Source of the DNA: an uncultured Planctomycetota bacterium
GTDB lineage: Bacteria; Planctomycetota; Planctomycetia; Isosphaerales; Isosphaeraceae
DNA: 64,000 nt
NCBI GenBank assembly: GCA_963823665.1
Contig: CAWGMQ010000002.1
Coordinates: 64,001-128,000 of the forward strand
Direction of reading: 5' to 3'
A program made the position numbers and the translations under genes. Positions 1-12,647 of this stretch are shown one piece after another. Below the pieces are notes generated by a model that was given only the letters and a program-made list of their open reading frames with translations, had not been told where the DNA came from and did not search any database. Each line of letters opens with the position of its first letter. Position 1 is the stretch's first letter.

Positions 1-2441
1 TCAAGTCAGCCCCGAGATCGGAAATCCATTCCGGCTCGGCGCGATCCCAAACCCGCCCCGTAAGACCGACCCCGCGTTCCATCACGATTTCATTATTCAT
101 GGACTCAAGAGCTGATTTCTCCGCGCTTGGCCGTCTCCAGACCGCTCCACAGCGCAGTGATTGGGCGAGTGTATCAACTCTCCAGAACGCTCCCAGGTCC
201 CAGTCGAGGCACTCACAGATCGTCTGCAGGATCTTCGGAATGGATTCGCCGGGCGAGTCTGCCTCGGCCAGAACACGTGTCGTCTCATATTGCGCTGCGA
301 GTCTTCGTTCCGACTTCTTCCGTCGAGTGATATCGTGCAATACAGCCACTCCGCCCTGAAGCGTTCCGTGCTCGTCGCGCAGTGGTCGGCCGGTGACAAG
401 GATCCAGGTCCCGTCGTCCCGGCTTGGATACGCTACGTAGAGTTCGGCTTGGTCCATTGACTCGCCGCGAATCGCACGCACGAGCGGCAAATCGGCGACG
501 GGATACGGGGTCGCGCGATCGGGCAGAAAGATCTCATATTGACGCGACCAATCCTCGGCTGCGGCATCGCTCTTTCCCTGGCCCATGATCCTCGCTGCGG
601 CTGGGTTGAAAACCAGGAACCGTGAATTCGAATCGGCAACGACTACGCCGTCGCCCATGCAGTCCAGCACAGACTGCAAGATCCTGGTCTTTGCACGCAG
701 CGCCAGCTCGGATCGAGCGAGCTCCTGGGCATGCTGTTCCTGCGTCTCATTCAGCCGCCGGATCTCCTCCACTTGACGAAGACCCGCGAGCGCCCGCGCC
801 GTGTGGTTTGCAAGGGTCTCGAGCGGGCGCAAGTCAATCTGGCTGGGATCAAACGGTCGAAGCGACGCCACTTGAAGAGTGCCCAGCACGTGATCGCTTA
901 CGAGCGGCACGATGATCTGACCGCGAATACCCGAAAGGGCAATCGCACCCGAATCGCACCGTGGGTCGTCCCGGGAGTCTGGAATGACGACCGCACGGCT
1001 GTCGCGCACCACCTCGGCCAGGATGTCTTCCCCCGCGATCGAACGTACCGTCAGCTCCACGATCCCGGTCATCCGTCCCGTGGCTCGCGCCGCCCTGATC
1101 ACTCCGGCAGACCGATCGACGAACGAAATCATTGCCTGGTCATATCCGAGCCGCGAGCAGAAGTGCAGAACGGAATCCAGCGTCTTCTCGAAGTTGTCCG
1201 GGTCCAGACGAGAGGTCAGATATCCGGAAGAACGCATCGAGCATGTCGCGGGCCGCTTCCAGGTCACGCGTCCGCTCCGAGATTCGTCGCTCGAGTTCCG
1301 AATGCGAGCGTTCCAGCTCTTCCGTCATGCGGTTGAATGTGCTGCTTAGCACGCCCAGTTCGTCTGACGAGTGAACCTTGCTTCGAACCGAAAGATCGCC
1401 CGCGGCAACAGCGGACGACGTTCTCGCAAGCTGGCGAATTGGCCTTGCGAACCGGCGCGCGATCAAATTCGACGCGCCCAGTCCCAGCACGAGGGCAGCA
1501 ACGCCAAGTGCCGAAAGCAGCCATTGCAACTGCCGGACGGACGCATGCGCTTCACTTGTGTCCATCTTGGCGATAAGTCCCCAGCCGGTGAATCCTCGGC
1601 CAATGGGTCGATAGGCTACCAGCACGTCCTGACCGCGGTAGTCTGTCGTCCGCTCGTGGCCAATCTCCCCCCGGCTCGCGGCCGCCAGCGACGGCAGTCG
1701 GCTGGCAATCACTTCAGCCAGTGGAAATGGTCCCGGACGCAGACCTCGCGTCGGTGTAATCAACTGGATCGCCTCGCCGTTCTTGACTCCCACCAGTACC
1801 TCTCCGCTCTCGTCCAGGCCCGTCGGATCCATGAGCATCGAAGCGATCGGGCTGAAGTCGACCAGCACCATCACGGTTCCGAGAAGTTTGTGATTACCAT
1901 CCCGTACCGCGGCAGAGAGCGGCAACACAAACATTCCGTCGACTCGACGCGGCGGAAACGCCAGGTGGCCGTCTGGTTTCTCGGTTGATGCAGTCGCTCC
2001 CGGAAATGAGGCAATCAGATTCGCCGGCCCACTCGAGGCAATCACTTGACCCTGATCATCTTCGATCCAGACCGCCATGTACTCGTTGATGGTCGCCAGC
2101 GCATTCGACAGCAAGACATTGGCCTCGCGGCGGAATTGAGCCGGACTGAGCGGCTCTTCGGTTCTCCGCAACAGCAACCGCTGAATCCCCGAACCGCCCG
2201 CAAAGTCGATTACTCGCTCTTCGTGCTTCTCGAGCGTCGTCGCCAGCATCTGCTGGCGCAGCACGGCAATCGTCACTAGGCGTTTGAAAATCTGGTCCTG
2301 GAGAATCGAGTTAGTCGCCAGATAGGCAACACCGATGAGTGCGGCTCCGCTAAGCGCCACCACAACGCCCACGAATCCGGTTAACTTCCAGACGATCGAA
2401 GACCATCGCGAGGGCCCTGACACAGCACGCACGTCCGACAT
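1..2441 (-). CDS. Membrane multi-sensor signal transduction protein (TM-periplasmic-TM-HAMP-GAF-PAS-GAF), probably a histidine kinase; 3' end lies outside the window; frameshift near 1200
   Basis: ORF 1140..2441 has two TM helices and a HAMP motif (RPIRQLARTSSAVAAGDL...DELGVLSSTFNRM). Another frame continues through GAF, PAS (ILQSVLDCMGDGVVVAD...GVAVLHDITRRK) and a second GAF (GVGLTGRVWDRAEPEWISD) to base 1 without a stop. The output domain is not visible. Confidence 0.8.
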
Positions 2442-2449
2442 CGAATCAC

Positions 2450-4463
2450 TCAGGGTGAGGCCGAGATTGGAAATACACTGACTCTTAAATCTGTGGACCC
2501 ATACGGCACGAGCAGCAGCTCCTCGGTCGGCTCACGACTGACGGCCGGGCTTGATGGCGGAGGAGCAGCGGCGCCTTTTTCCAGCTTCCAGTCCGGCAGA
2601 CGACGGCCCTTGACTTTGGCCGAAAGTGGAGCGCCGGCGGACGTGAACAGAGGCCCGTTCGCTGTGCGCGACTCGAATCGAATCGTTCTCTCGGGATGCT
2701 CGCGGTCGATCTCGAGTGCGTAGTTCCATGGCGTCTTCGGGAAAACTTCCCAGTCGTCGAACGGCAAATCGGCCCTGTCTTTGAACATCTTCCACCCCGG
2801 TTCGATCGGCAGCGCATAGATCACCGGCCCTCGCTGGATCGAAACCGCACCGTTGAAACCATCGCGCAGCCGGGCGGGCATCGGAACTGTCAGCTTGATT
2901 TCAGCCGGCGGATTCACACCCCACTCCCGGTTCAGAGTCACAAACGTCCCCGGCTTCAAGTCCTCGATTCGCTCGAACGTCGTCGCGTCATCCCACACCC
3001 CACAAACGGCTCCCTCGTCCCACGACGGGATGCGGAGATGAAGGGAAAAGCGGCTCTTCACAGCCGGTTGCACCTTGATCACAATGAGCGATTCCGTGCC
3101 GTCTCCAAACGGATAAGTCGTTTCCGCAGTGACCTCGACACGCACGGGCCCTCCCGCGATTGTCGTATCCACCACGCACGGCGCATAGGCGAGGGCGGCC
3201 AGTCCTCCGTCAGAGCTGACCATCCACAAGCTGCTGGCAAACTTTGGCCAGCCCTGGTGCATGTTGGCCGTGCAGCAACCAAAATTTGGCTCGAGTCCAT
3301 ACAGATTCGAGTCGGCCTCGTTGCTCACGTAGACATGGTCGCCCGCAGCCGAGCAAAGGACCTGATTGCACTGCTGATCATACTGATGGGCCGTCATGTC
3401 CTTCTTGAATGTCGCCGGTAAGGCATTGAACGCGAGCATCTCGAGCCTGTCTCCCAGGCGCGGGTCGCCGATGATCGCCGCCAGAACCTCAAGCGAGTAC
3501 ATCGCCTCGACGACCGTACAAAGTTCGGTCCCCTGAGACGGGCTGCGGCCCGCAAGGTGTTCGTCGCATGTGAAAATCCCCGTGGGCTGCCCGTGGTACT
3601 TATCCAGAATCTCGAGCATCGAAAAGATCGCGGTCTTGTCTTTCGCATCGCCGCTCAGCCGGTGTCTGACACCACCGTACTTGAGCGCCATCGCCGTGTT
3701 GACTCCGTGGTTTTCCAGCGTCTTCTTGTCTTTGGCCTTCTCTTTGTAGGGAAAATTCTCGTACAGGACACGCCAGTCATGGCTCTGCGCAAACGCTTTC
3801 TTCGCCAGATTCAGAACCTGAGGCTCTCCCGGTGCGCGAATAGAGCCAGTACAGAACAACGGCAAAGTCGGCCGCCCGAAACCTCGCCCAACTGTAGAGC
3901 GGATCATGAGAGATTACCTGGTCGATTTTCCGGCAGCACGCAAGCAGCGCAGGAATGATCCGCGGATCACCGGTCGCCTGCTCGTACTGCATGAGCGCCT
4001 TGAATAGCGGAAACAGCGGCCACACGTCGTATGGTTTGTGTTTCTTGCTGTCGCCAATCGGCCCCAGCCAGCCATCGGCTTGCTGGTGAGCAAGAATGTA
4101 CTCGATCGCATTCCTCACCTTGCCTTTGAGCCCCGGTTGATCGGCCAGAAAAGCCAGCGGAACCAACCCGTCGAGCCAGTACGGAACGCGTTCCCAACCC
4201 TCGGCGGTTCCGCCGAACCAGGCGCTGTTCTTGATGTCCGGCCAGAACTCGTCAACGTGTCCGCTCAACCCATCGGCCTGGATGCGCAATTGGTCCTTCA
4301 GCCACCCTGCCGGCTTGATGCTTCCCAGAGGCAACGGCTCGAAAGTCGAAGCCCGCAATGGCGGCTCTGTCGCCTTGATTTCTTCTTGCCAGAACGCCCT
4401 CGCGACGGGACCGGATAGCAGAACGATCAATAACGCCAAGATCCCGCGCCCTTCAAGCTTCAT
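2450..4463 (-). CDS. Secreted GH127/GH146-like (beta-L-arabinofuranosidase family) glycoside hydrolase; frameshift near 3800-3840
   Basis: Signal peptide, LPLGSIKPAGWL and GWERVPYWLDG in 3777..4463. GTELCTVVEAMYSLE and NFGCCTANMHQGWPKF in 2450..3907. Confidence 0.85.
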
Positions 4464-4689
4464 GACAACCCCCGAGAACCCGGCCTGTTTGCATGAGGTT
4501 CAGCCAGAACGGATTCTAGAAGGAGACTTCTGGGAACGCCAGGCTGCCGCCAAGTACACGACCTGCCGTTGGACTGAGGCCAGAACGAAGGATGTCATGC
4601 ATCTGCGATGTTTTCAGAGCCTGACGTTCAACGGCAATTGTTCCCAGAGAGGCTTCGTGGAAGCCGGGAGAGCCACAGCAGCGACACAC

Positions 4690-5451
4690 TCAGGGATCGA
4701 TGTTCGCGTTGCGAAGGATAAATCCAACGTTGGCAGTATAGACCTGGGCATGAATCGTCACGACTACCTTACCCTGGCTGAGAACACCTGGCGTTCGCTT
4801 GGCACTCGGTTCGTAGTGAATGTTCATGGTGCCCACGGCGTACCCTTCATCGTAAGTGCCGGAGCTCAAGTTGGGGTCCAGGCTCACTTTGGGCAACACC
4901 GAGGGCAGTCCGAGCCGGCTCACGTACTGACTCGTTTGAGGAGCCGCCACATCAAGCCCCAGTGTCGTGTTGCTATTGAGGTTGCGGTCGAAGATCGCGC
5001 TGACACCGCCAATTGGGAGTGTCTTGTCTTTGGGCGTAACAAGCAGCAATTGGATGTCCGAGTGCAAGAGCGTGTTCGCGGTACCAGCCGCCGTGATGAA
5101 CGTCTGAATCTGCTCGTCGCTTGTCCGACCGGCACCGACCGTGTAGGTGCCAACATACCGTCCCACGAATCGCTCTCTTCGTTGCTCTCGCTTGCTCAGA
5201 GTCCCCGTCGGCGCAAGCGCCTGATTGTTGATGGTCCCGTCGGCGTTCAATAAAGGACCTTGATTTTCGGGCACAGCGATCGATTGAGAGGAGAAGCTTG
5301 CCAGACTCTGGACCAGAGCCGCCGTGCGCGAATTCGAGTCTGTTGCGTAGATGCTGTTGCCGGCCATTACGTCAGTGATCGCGGAAAGCAAGTCGCGGCG
5401 CTCGAATTCTTCGAGAACTGGCCATCGGTCACGCGGGATTCGACGTCCCAT
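4690..5451 (-). CDS. Hypothetical extracellular protein with planctomycete LEPRxLL-type N-terminal motif
   Basis: ATG at 5451 preceded by GAGGAG; N-terminus MGRRIPRDRWPVLEEFERRDLLS. Confidence 0.7.
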   Translation of the reverse strand: MGRRIPRDRWPVLEEFERRDLLSAITDVMAGNSIYATDSNSRTAALVQSLASFSSQSIAVPENQGPLLNADGTINNQALAPTGTLSKREQRRERFVGRYVGTYTVGAGRTSDEQIQTFITAAGTANTLLHSDIQLLLVTPKDKTLPIGGVSAIFDRNLNSNTTLGLDVAAPQTSQYVSRLGLPSVLPKVSLDPNLSSGTYDEGYAVGTMNIHYEPSAKRTPGVLSQGKVVVTIHAQVYTANVGFILRNANIDP

Positions 5452-5510
5452 CTTCTCCTCCCTGAGGTCCCGGGCCTCGCCGGACCGTGACCTCTTCCCA
5501 TTCGATCTGA

Positions 5511-7226
5511 TCAAGGCATGATCCGTCGGCCCACCACGGTGTTGAGCGAGAGCATGCTGCGCCGGTGGCGAACCGCTGTGTCGAGGTATTGTTTGACAAC
5601 CTGGTTGTACGCGAGCTGAGCGTCCAGGTAGTCGAGAATGCTCTTCGCTCCCTCATTGTACAGGCGAAAGACTTCATCACGCACTTGCAGAGCTTTCGGG
5701 TTGACCTCATCCCGCAGCTCGTCCACCAGCCGGCGTGAGACCTCGTATTCCTGGACGGCTTCCTCGATGTCAATCACAGTCTGCCGTTCCAGGTCCGAAA
5801 GCTCCATCTGGCTCTGGCCCACGTTGATCTTGGCCCGCGCGATTCCACCCTGGTTCCGGTTGTAGAGCGGCAAGGGAACTGTCACGCCGAGGGCCCAGGA
5901 ATACTGGCTCTTCAAACCATATGGCGAGTTGTCTTGAAAGGTATAAGGTTGCCAGAGAACATATACATCGCTGAATGCGTTAGCTTTCGCCAGCCGAACG
6001 TCCGCTTCCGCACGATTGACTCCAAACCGCAGTGAGAGGATGTCGGGCCGTTCCTCCAGTGCGATCTTCCGAAGTCCCTCGACGGATGGAGGAGGGGGGG
6101 CGAAGTCCTCTATTGCCCCTCGTATCTCGAGCGAAGCAATTTCGCCGAGCTTCAGGTTCATGAGCGATCCCAGATCGAGTTTTGCCTTGCGATACGCCGC
6201 TTTGGAATCAAAGACACCGAGCTCGGCGTTTCGAAGCCGTATCTTGATCTGGTTCAAGTCGCCCTGGGAGATATCACCCTTCAGGAATTTCTGCTCGTTC
6301 CTTGCCGTAAGATCCTTTAGACCCGTTACGCTTTTCGTCGCGTACAGCAGAGTTTGGCGTGCCGCCAGCGCCGTGACAAAAGCGCCATACACATCGTCGA
6401 TCCGCTGTCTGACGGCATCCTGGTATTGCGCCTCCAGCACACGCTCGGCGCGGCTCGCCACGATCGTTCGGGCCTGGCGTTTGTGCGAGACATCAAGTGG
6501 ATACGTGATGTTCGTGTCGAACTGGCTCGGGCCGCCGGGAGCCGCCCGAGTGAACGCTGTGCTCGTGCCTCGGTACTGGAGAAGCTGCCCGTCCTGGTAA
6601 AAGACAGGGTTCGAGCGGAGGTTCGCCTGAAGGATGTCGGCCCTCGCCATGGGGATCTCAAAGAACTTGGCTTTGAGGTCGCGGCTGCGCTCCAGCGTGA
6701 CGTCGATCGCACGGTCGAGCGTCAGACCATTCGCCGGTCCCGTGCTTTCTTGGGCCAGCTCCATCGTGCCGTAGTAAGTCGTCTCCGGCGCTGCAATTGG
6801 CGCTGGCTGGGGTGCTGAGATCGGCATCTGTAAATCCGCCGGTCCCGCCCCAGACCCCGGTGACGAGATCGACGTTGGAATGCCTTTCGGCGTCGATACA
6901 CCCGGCCGGCCGCCCAGAAGCCCGCCGGTACCAGGCAAATTGATGAACAAGCTACCCCCGGAACCAGGCGATTGTCCCAGGAGTGAGCCTGTTCCACCGG
7001 GAAGCGCCGGCACGCTGGTGTCGACCGTCGGCGCCTGGGCCCTCGCACGCCCTGTCGGCATGCAGAACAAGATGAATAACGACAGGCATGAAAGAGGAAT
7101 GAGACTCCGTGCGACCTGGGCGCCCGTTCCGGGACGCGCCTCCAGCACGGTCATCGCACCTTTCTGTGTCAACCTCGGCTTGAGACCCACTTGTTGTGCC
7201 CCGAGACACCCTATTGCTTCGCTCAA
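5511..7226 (-). CDS. TolC/CzcC-family outer-membrane efflux protein with long Pro/Gly-rich N-terminal extension; start uncertain
   Basis: OEP repeats: LTLDRAIDVTLERS, ALEERPDILSLR, GVTVPLPLYNRNQGGI, YNEGAKSILDYLDAQ. Confidence 0.9.
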   Translation of the reverse strand: MSEAIGCLGAQQVGLKPRLTQKGAMTVLEARPGTGAQVARSLIPLSCLSLFILFCMPTGRARAQAPTVDTSVPALPGGTGSLLGQSPGSGGSLFINLPGTGGLLGGRPGVSTPKGIPTSISSPGSGAGPADLQMPISAPQPAPIAAPETTYYGTMELAQESTGPANGLTLDRAIDVTLERSRDLKAKFFEIPMARADILQANLRSNPVFYQDGQLLQYRGTSTAFTRAAPGGPSQFDTNITYPLDVSHKRQARTIVASRAERVLEAQYQDAVRQRIDDVYGAFVTALAARQTLLYATKSVTGLKDLTARNEQKFLKGDISQGDLNQIKIRLRNAELGVFDSKAAYRKAKLDLGSLMNLKLGEIASLEIRGAIEDFAPPPPSVEGLRKIALEERPDILSLRFGVNRAEADVRLAKANAFSDVYVLWQPYTFQDNSPYGLKSQYSWALGVTVPLPLYNRNQGGIARAKINVGQSQMELSDLERQTVIDIEEAVQEYEVSRRLVDELRDEVNPKALQVRDEVFRLYNEGAKSILDYLDAQLAYNQVVKQYLDTAVRHRRSMLSLNTVVGRRIMP

Positions 7227-7529
7227 TTCAGCACGCTCATGATAATCGTCACCACCCTGAATCGGCTGGCAAGCAGATCGCGCTGAAGCCTCGGCAAAAG
7301 CGCGCGACTCCCTGGAGCTCGTCGAATCAGCACAACCCGAACAGTCGACGACCGACGGCGGCTGATTGAAGCCTTCGGAACCGGTCTAGCCGGCGAACCA
7401 GCACAAGCCGGACTGGAAATCAGGAAGAGTTTTCCGATTATGCCGAGTTCTCGGATTGGAAGAAACGCAACGAATTCACGGAGTCAACGAGGCGGCACGC
7501 CCGGCACTGGATCTCGAATTTCACCCGGA

Positions 7530-8921
7530 TCACTGATTCGCCCGCGGCATGCTCGAGATAACCGAACTCGAAAAGTCCAACGGGTCAAGATGGCCTTCCT
7601 CCGTCCGCGAGAACAGGAAAGTGCCTTCGGTCATGACCCGATCCTCGAACATCTGTTCCAGGATCAGGCTTCCGATCGTTGCCACCTCTTCGCCCGCTTT
7701 CAGGCCGGGTTGATCCTTGGAGGGCGCCTCGACAATGACGACGTCGTTGCTCTCCTTCGCCAGGAAAATCTGTCGCCTCTCGAACTGGTCGGATTTACCC
7801 GCCTTCTTGACGAACACGTAGTCGAACCGGTCCACTGAGACCATCGCCACGCGGGGTATGACCGTGCGCCCCGCTACTGGGGGAATGTCGAGTGTCATTC
7901 GGACGAACATTCCCGCTTTGAGCTGGCCATCAGGGTTGCGAATTGTCGTGCGAAACTTCGCGGACCGCGAATCTGCGTCGATCGCCTTGTCGATGTAGTT
8001 CACCTCCGAGTCAATCGTTCGATCAGAAAAAGGAAAAATGACTTTCAGCTTCTGCCCGACTTTGACTTTCTCGGCGTCAAGTTCGCTCACACTGCCCCGG
8101 ACCCACAGATGGTCAAGTGGCGCGATGGTCATCAGCAGGTCGGCCGAAGTGTAGTAGTTTCCCGGAACCACCGATCGCAAGACCACGACTCCATCGGCAC
8201 GCGACCGCAAGATCATCTTCGCTTTCTGAACGCCGTCTTCCTTCTTGGCATTCTCGATCTCTTCCGCCGTCAAGCCGTACACGAGCAGCTTGTCTTTGGC
8301 CAGCTTCATTTTCAGCCGGCTTTGCGCCTCATCGTTTTTCACCTCGATCAATTCCTTTCGAGGCAAATTATTATCGAGCGCCAGTGGTGTCTTGTAATCG
8401 AGAACTTCTTTGTCATGAACCCATTGACTGGTCGCCACTTCGTAATTGCTCTTGGCCTCCGCCAGATCGGTGCTGAAGAGTTCCAATAGCGGGTCGCCGG
8501 TCTTGACGATCGAGCCATAGTCCACGAGCACCTTTTCGACACGGCTATCAAACTGCGTGCGTACGACCGTCACCGTTGCCGGGTCGTAATCGGTCGTGCC
8601 GAAGAGTTTGAGCACAGTGTCTTCGGTCTGCGGTTTGACTGCGACCGTTTTGAGTCCGATCGCTCCCGCCTGCGCGGCATCAAGCGTGAGAGTGCGGTCC
8701 CATGGGTCCTCCTTGCCCAACGAAATCGCGCGAACCCAAGATTTATCGGGCCGCCCGCTTTCATCGTGGCTACCCTGAGCCAGTTGCTTGAATGCCCCCA
8801 CGACATGGCCGCGAGTCCAGCTATTGAGCGCTACCACCATCGCAGCCGCGGCGATCAACACGATTCCGATCAGAAGCTTCCGGTTGCCGTTCATGACTCT
8901 TTCTCCCCCAAATTGTCTCAT
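7530..8921 (-). CDS. CzcB/CusB-like RND periplasmic adaptor (membrane fusion protein)
   Basis: N-terminal TM anchor, lipoyl-like motifs (VKTGDPLLELFS, LRSRADGVV), LKAGMFVR; start overlaps the czcA-like stop. Confidence 0.9.
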   Translation of the reverse strand: MRQFGGERVMNGNRKLLIGIVLIAAAAMVVALNSWTRGHVVGAFKQLAQGSHDESGRPDKSWVRAISLGKEDPWDRTLTLDAAQAGAIGLKTVAVKPQTEDTVLKLFGTTDYDPATVTVVRTQFDSRVEKVLVDYGSIVKTGDPLLELFSTDLAEAKSNYEVATSQWVHDKEVLDYKTPLALDNNLPRKELIEVKNDEAQSRLKMKLAKDKLLVYGLTAEEIENAKKEDGVQKAKMILRSRADGVVVLRSVVPGNYYTSADLLMTIAPLDHLWVRGSVSELDAEKVKVGQKLKVIFPFSDRTIDSEVNYIDKAIDADSRSAKFRTTIRNPDGQLKAGMFVRMTLDIPPVAGRTVIPRVAMVSVDRFDYVFVKKAGKSDQFERRQIFLAKESNDVVIVEAPSKDQPGLKAGEEVATIGSLILEQMFEDRVMTEGTFLFSRTEEGHLDPLDFSSSVISSMPRANQ

Positions 8922-11900
8922 GCAGGAGGCGATTCGCTGTCGACACCACCTTGATCTTGATCGCCAGTCCCATGGGCCGATGATGCGGAAGGACGCAGGA
9001 ACCGGTCAGTGTAGTGCGAGCCCAGGATCAAGTCGCTCTGACACTGCGTGTGGCCCGCTGGAGCCGGGAAAAAGCTGTACAATACCGGCATCAAGTAGCG
9101 TGTCAGGAACAAGGTGCAAAGCATCGCCCCAACCACCACGATGGCCAGCGGCTTCTGTGCCTGTGAGCCGATCGATGTCGCGATCGCCGCGGGAAAGAGC
9201 CCGAGTGCCGCCGTCAGCGAAGTCATCACAACCGGTCGCACGCGCAGCTCGGCGCCGCGCATCACCGACTCGCGCACCGATAGACCCGCACCTCGCAATT
9301 GGTTGAAGTACGAGACCAGCAGCACGCCGTCCTGCACCGCAACCCCGAACACCGAGACGAACCCGACGGCCGCCGAGATCGAGAACGGCGTGCCAGTCAG
9401 CCAGAGCGCCAGCACCCCCCCCATCGACGCCTCCACCACGTTCACCATCACCAGTAACGAGTCCTTCATCGAATTGAACGCGGAGTACAGCAAGCCGACG
9501 ATCAGCGCAATCGAGATCGGGACGATAAAGAGCAAGCGGTAGTTGGCCTCTTCCATCTGCTGGAATTCGCCCGACCAATCGATGTCGTATCCCGGCGGAA
9601 GCTGTGCCCCATACTTGGGATCGGTCACTTTCCGCTGAGCTTCGGCAATGGTCGAGGCCAGGTCGCGGCCCTTGACGCTGAATTTGATCGGGATGTAACG
9701 GCGATTGTTTTCTCGGTAAATGTAGGCCGCACCCGGCTTGTGTGGAATGATGTTGGCCAACTGTCGCAGCGGAATCCGCGCCCCCGGCTTACCGTCCTGC
9801 CCGGGCGTGTCGACCGGAATTCGGCCGATGACTTCTGGATCGTCACGCTTGTCCTTGGGAAGACGAAGGACGATGTCGAAGAGCTTTTCACCTTCAACCA
9901 TCCGCGTGAAAGCGCGCCCCCTACGGCAACCTGCACCACGGCCTCGACATCAGAAACGTTGATGCCGTACCGGGCGCACTCGTGCCGGTCGATCTGAATC
10001 TCGAGGTTCGGCTGACCGACAATATGAAAAAGCCCCGGGTTGAAGATCCCCTTCACGTCGTTCAGGATGTTGATGACTCGCTGCCCCGCCCGCTCGAGGA
10101 CTTGCAGGTCGTTGCCGAACAGCTTGATCGAGTTGGCTCCCTTGACCCCGGAAAGCGCCTCCTCCACGTTGTCTCGGATCAATTGCGAGAAGTTGAAGTT
10201 GACTGACGGGAACACCTTGAACTTCTCCATCAACTCGTCCTGAATCTCCTCCCGGGTGATCTTGCGACTCCACACCGTCCGGCCCAGGAACTTGACCGGC
10301 TTTTCTCGCCAGTCCTCCATGGGCGAAAGTGGGGCGTTGAATTCCAGATTGAAATAACTCGTCACGTCGGTCCCGTCGTCCGGGCGGCCGACGTGTGACA
10401 TCACCCCCTTGATCTCCGGAATCGAGCCAATCACACTACGCAGCCGCGGAGCCATCCGCGCCGCCTCTTGAAGCGTCGTCGTTCGCGGCAAGAGTGCCCG
10501 AATCCAGAGGTTGCCTTCCTCCAGGGGCGGCATGAACTCGCCCCCCAGCTTCGGTATCAGCGTGATCGTGAACACTAGGAGCGACCCCATCGCCGCCAGC
10601 AGCAAATATCGGTGCTTCAACACCCGGTCAAGCATGATCAGATAACGAAGCTTCATGATGCGATCGATGAATGTCTCCTTCTCCTCCTTCTTGTTCTGGA
10701 ACAAGAAAGAGCAGAGTACCGGCGTCAGCGTCACCGCCAGTAAGAGCGCACCGCAGATCGCAAAGGCGTAAGTGTTGGCCATCGGGCCGAAGAGCGCACC
10801 TTCCGGTCCCGTCATCGAGAAAAGCGGTATAAACGCGCACACGATGATCAGCGTCGAGAAAAAGAGGGCGCGTTCGATCTCGTGCGATGCATCGATGATC
10901 CGGTCGATCAAGGGCCGTGTCCGATCGGTATTCTTCGCCGTGATGTGCCGGAAAATGTTCTCGACAATGATCACCGAGCTGTCGACGATGATCCCGAAGT
11001 CAACCGCGCCGATCGAAAGTAGATTGGCCGACTTCCCCTGGATGTGCAGCACCGACACCGAGAATAACAGCGCCAGCGGAATCATGATCGCCACGATTCC
11101 CGCGCTCGAGATGTCGCCCAGGAAGATGAACAGGATCAAGATCACCAGCCCCATGCCAACCACGAGGTTGTGCACAACGTTGTGCTTCGTGACGTTTACC
11201 AGCTCAGTCCTCTGGTTAAAAATCTTGATCCGCATGCCTTTGGGCAAAAGACCGCTCGTGTTCAAGTGCTCGATCTTATCTTTCACCCGCTCCGACGTCG
11301 GAAGCGACTTCTCGTACTTCCGCATCAGCACGATGCCTTCGACCACGTCGTTTTCACCGTTGCGGCCAACTACGCCCAGCCGCGGCTGATAGCCGATCAC
11401 CACCTTGGCGATCTGCTTGACGTACACCGGCATGTTGTCGTGAGTGGTCACCACCACGTCTTGAATGTCTTCGAGTTTCTCGACCTCGATCGCGTAAGCG
11501 TGTTCGGCGACCGCCGGGTCCAGCGAGTCGATCCCTTCGCCCAGATAACCGATCGCCCGCACGTTGTGCGATTGCGGCCCGAGCGGTAAAACATCACCGC
11601 CCACATTGGCGTTCGACTGCGAGATCGCATCGGATACCATCTGCAAGGTCACGTCGTACCGTCTCATCAACTGCGTGTCGAGCAAGATCTGGAATTGCTT
11701 GACCGTCCCGCCGTAACCGGTCACATCGATCACGCCGGGCACCGTCCTTAGCTGCCGTTCGAGCACCCAGTCCTGCACCGCCTTGATCTGATTCAAGGTG
11801 TAGCCATCGCCCTCGAGCACATATCGCACGATCTCGCCGGTCGGGCTCCAGGGTGATAGGCCCGGGTTTACTCCCGGAGGCAGGTTGCTCACCATCCCGA

Positions 11901-12240
11901 TCCGGTTGATCACCTCCTGCCGGGCAGTCCAGTAGTCGGTCCCGTACTCGAATTGGCATTTAATGTCGTTGAGACCCGCCAGCGAGATGCTCCGCAAGTA
12001 CTTCAGACCCGGCATCCCGTTCAAGGCCGTCTCGATCGGAATGCAAATCAATCGCTCCATTTCCTCGGGGCTCGCCCCGGGATTCTGGGTGATCACCTCC
12101 ACGAGCGGCGGCGTCGGATCCGGATACGCCTCGACGTTCAGATTCCGCGCTGAATGAATGCCGAACACGATCAGCCCCACCGTCCCCAGAAGGACAATGA
12201 AGCGATTATGCAGGCTCCACGTAATGAGCGCGCGAACCAT
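8918..12240 (-). CDS. CzcA/CusA-family heavy-metal RND permease; frameshift near 9915
   Basis: LNVEAYPDPTPPLVEVITQ, HME-type TM4 motif AVDFGIIVDSSVIIVEN, GGEFMPPLEEG, C-terminal RVRPVVMTSLTAALG and GSQAQKPLAIVVVG. Confidence 0.92.
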
Positions 12241-12441
12241 GAGGATGCTCTACAGCTGGCAGTGACAGGCGACAAAGCCTGAGCCCGGGGTCCTTTGCCC
12301 GGCAATCGGAAACGCCCGGGCACAAGTCTGTAACCCCATTGCTCCTACGAGCATCGAAGGGATAAAGATCGGGACGGTTCGAAATCGTCGTTCGGTCCAC
12401 CGGCGGAATAGCCCCGGTTTCCCGCTATCAACGACCCAAAG

Positions 12442-12514
<73 letters not shown>

Positions 12515-12532
12515 AATCGGATCACTGGAATT

Positions 12533-12561
12533 AAAGTACACTGCTGACCGCTCCTTCGCAA
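12533..12561 (-). promoter_or_regulatory. Putative sigma70 promoter of tRNA-Ala
   Basis: TTGCGA-17 nt-TACTTT, with TG immediately before the -10 box, 18 nt upstream of the tRNA. Confidence 0.5.
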
Positions 12562-12647
12562 GTTAAGATGGAAGTCTTGTCTCCGAGCTGCGACGCGCTG
12601 GCGGAATCGATTCAGCCAGTTAACGCACTGATGCACTCGGCCGGTCA

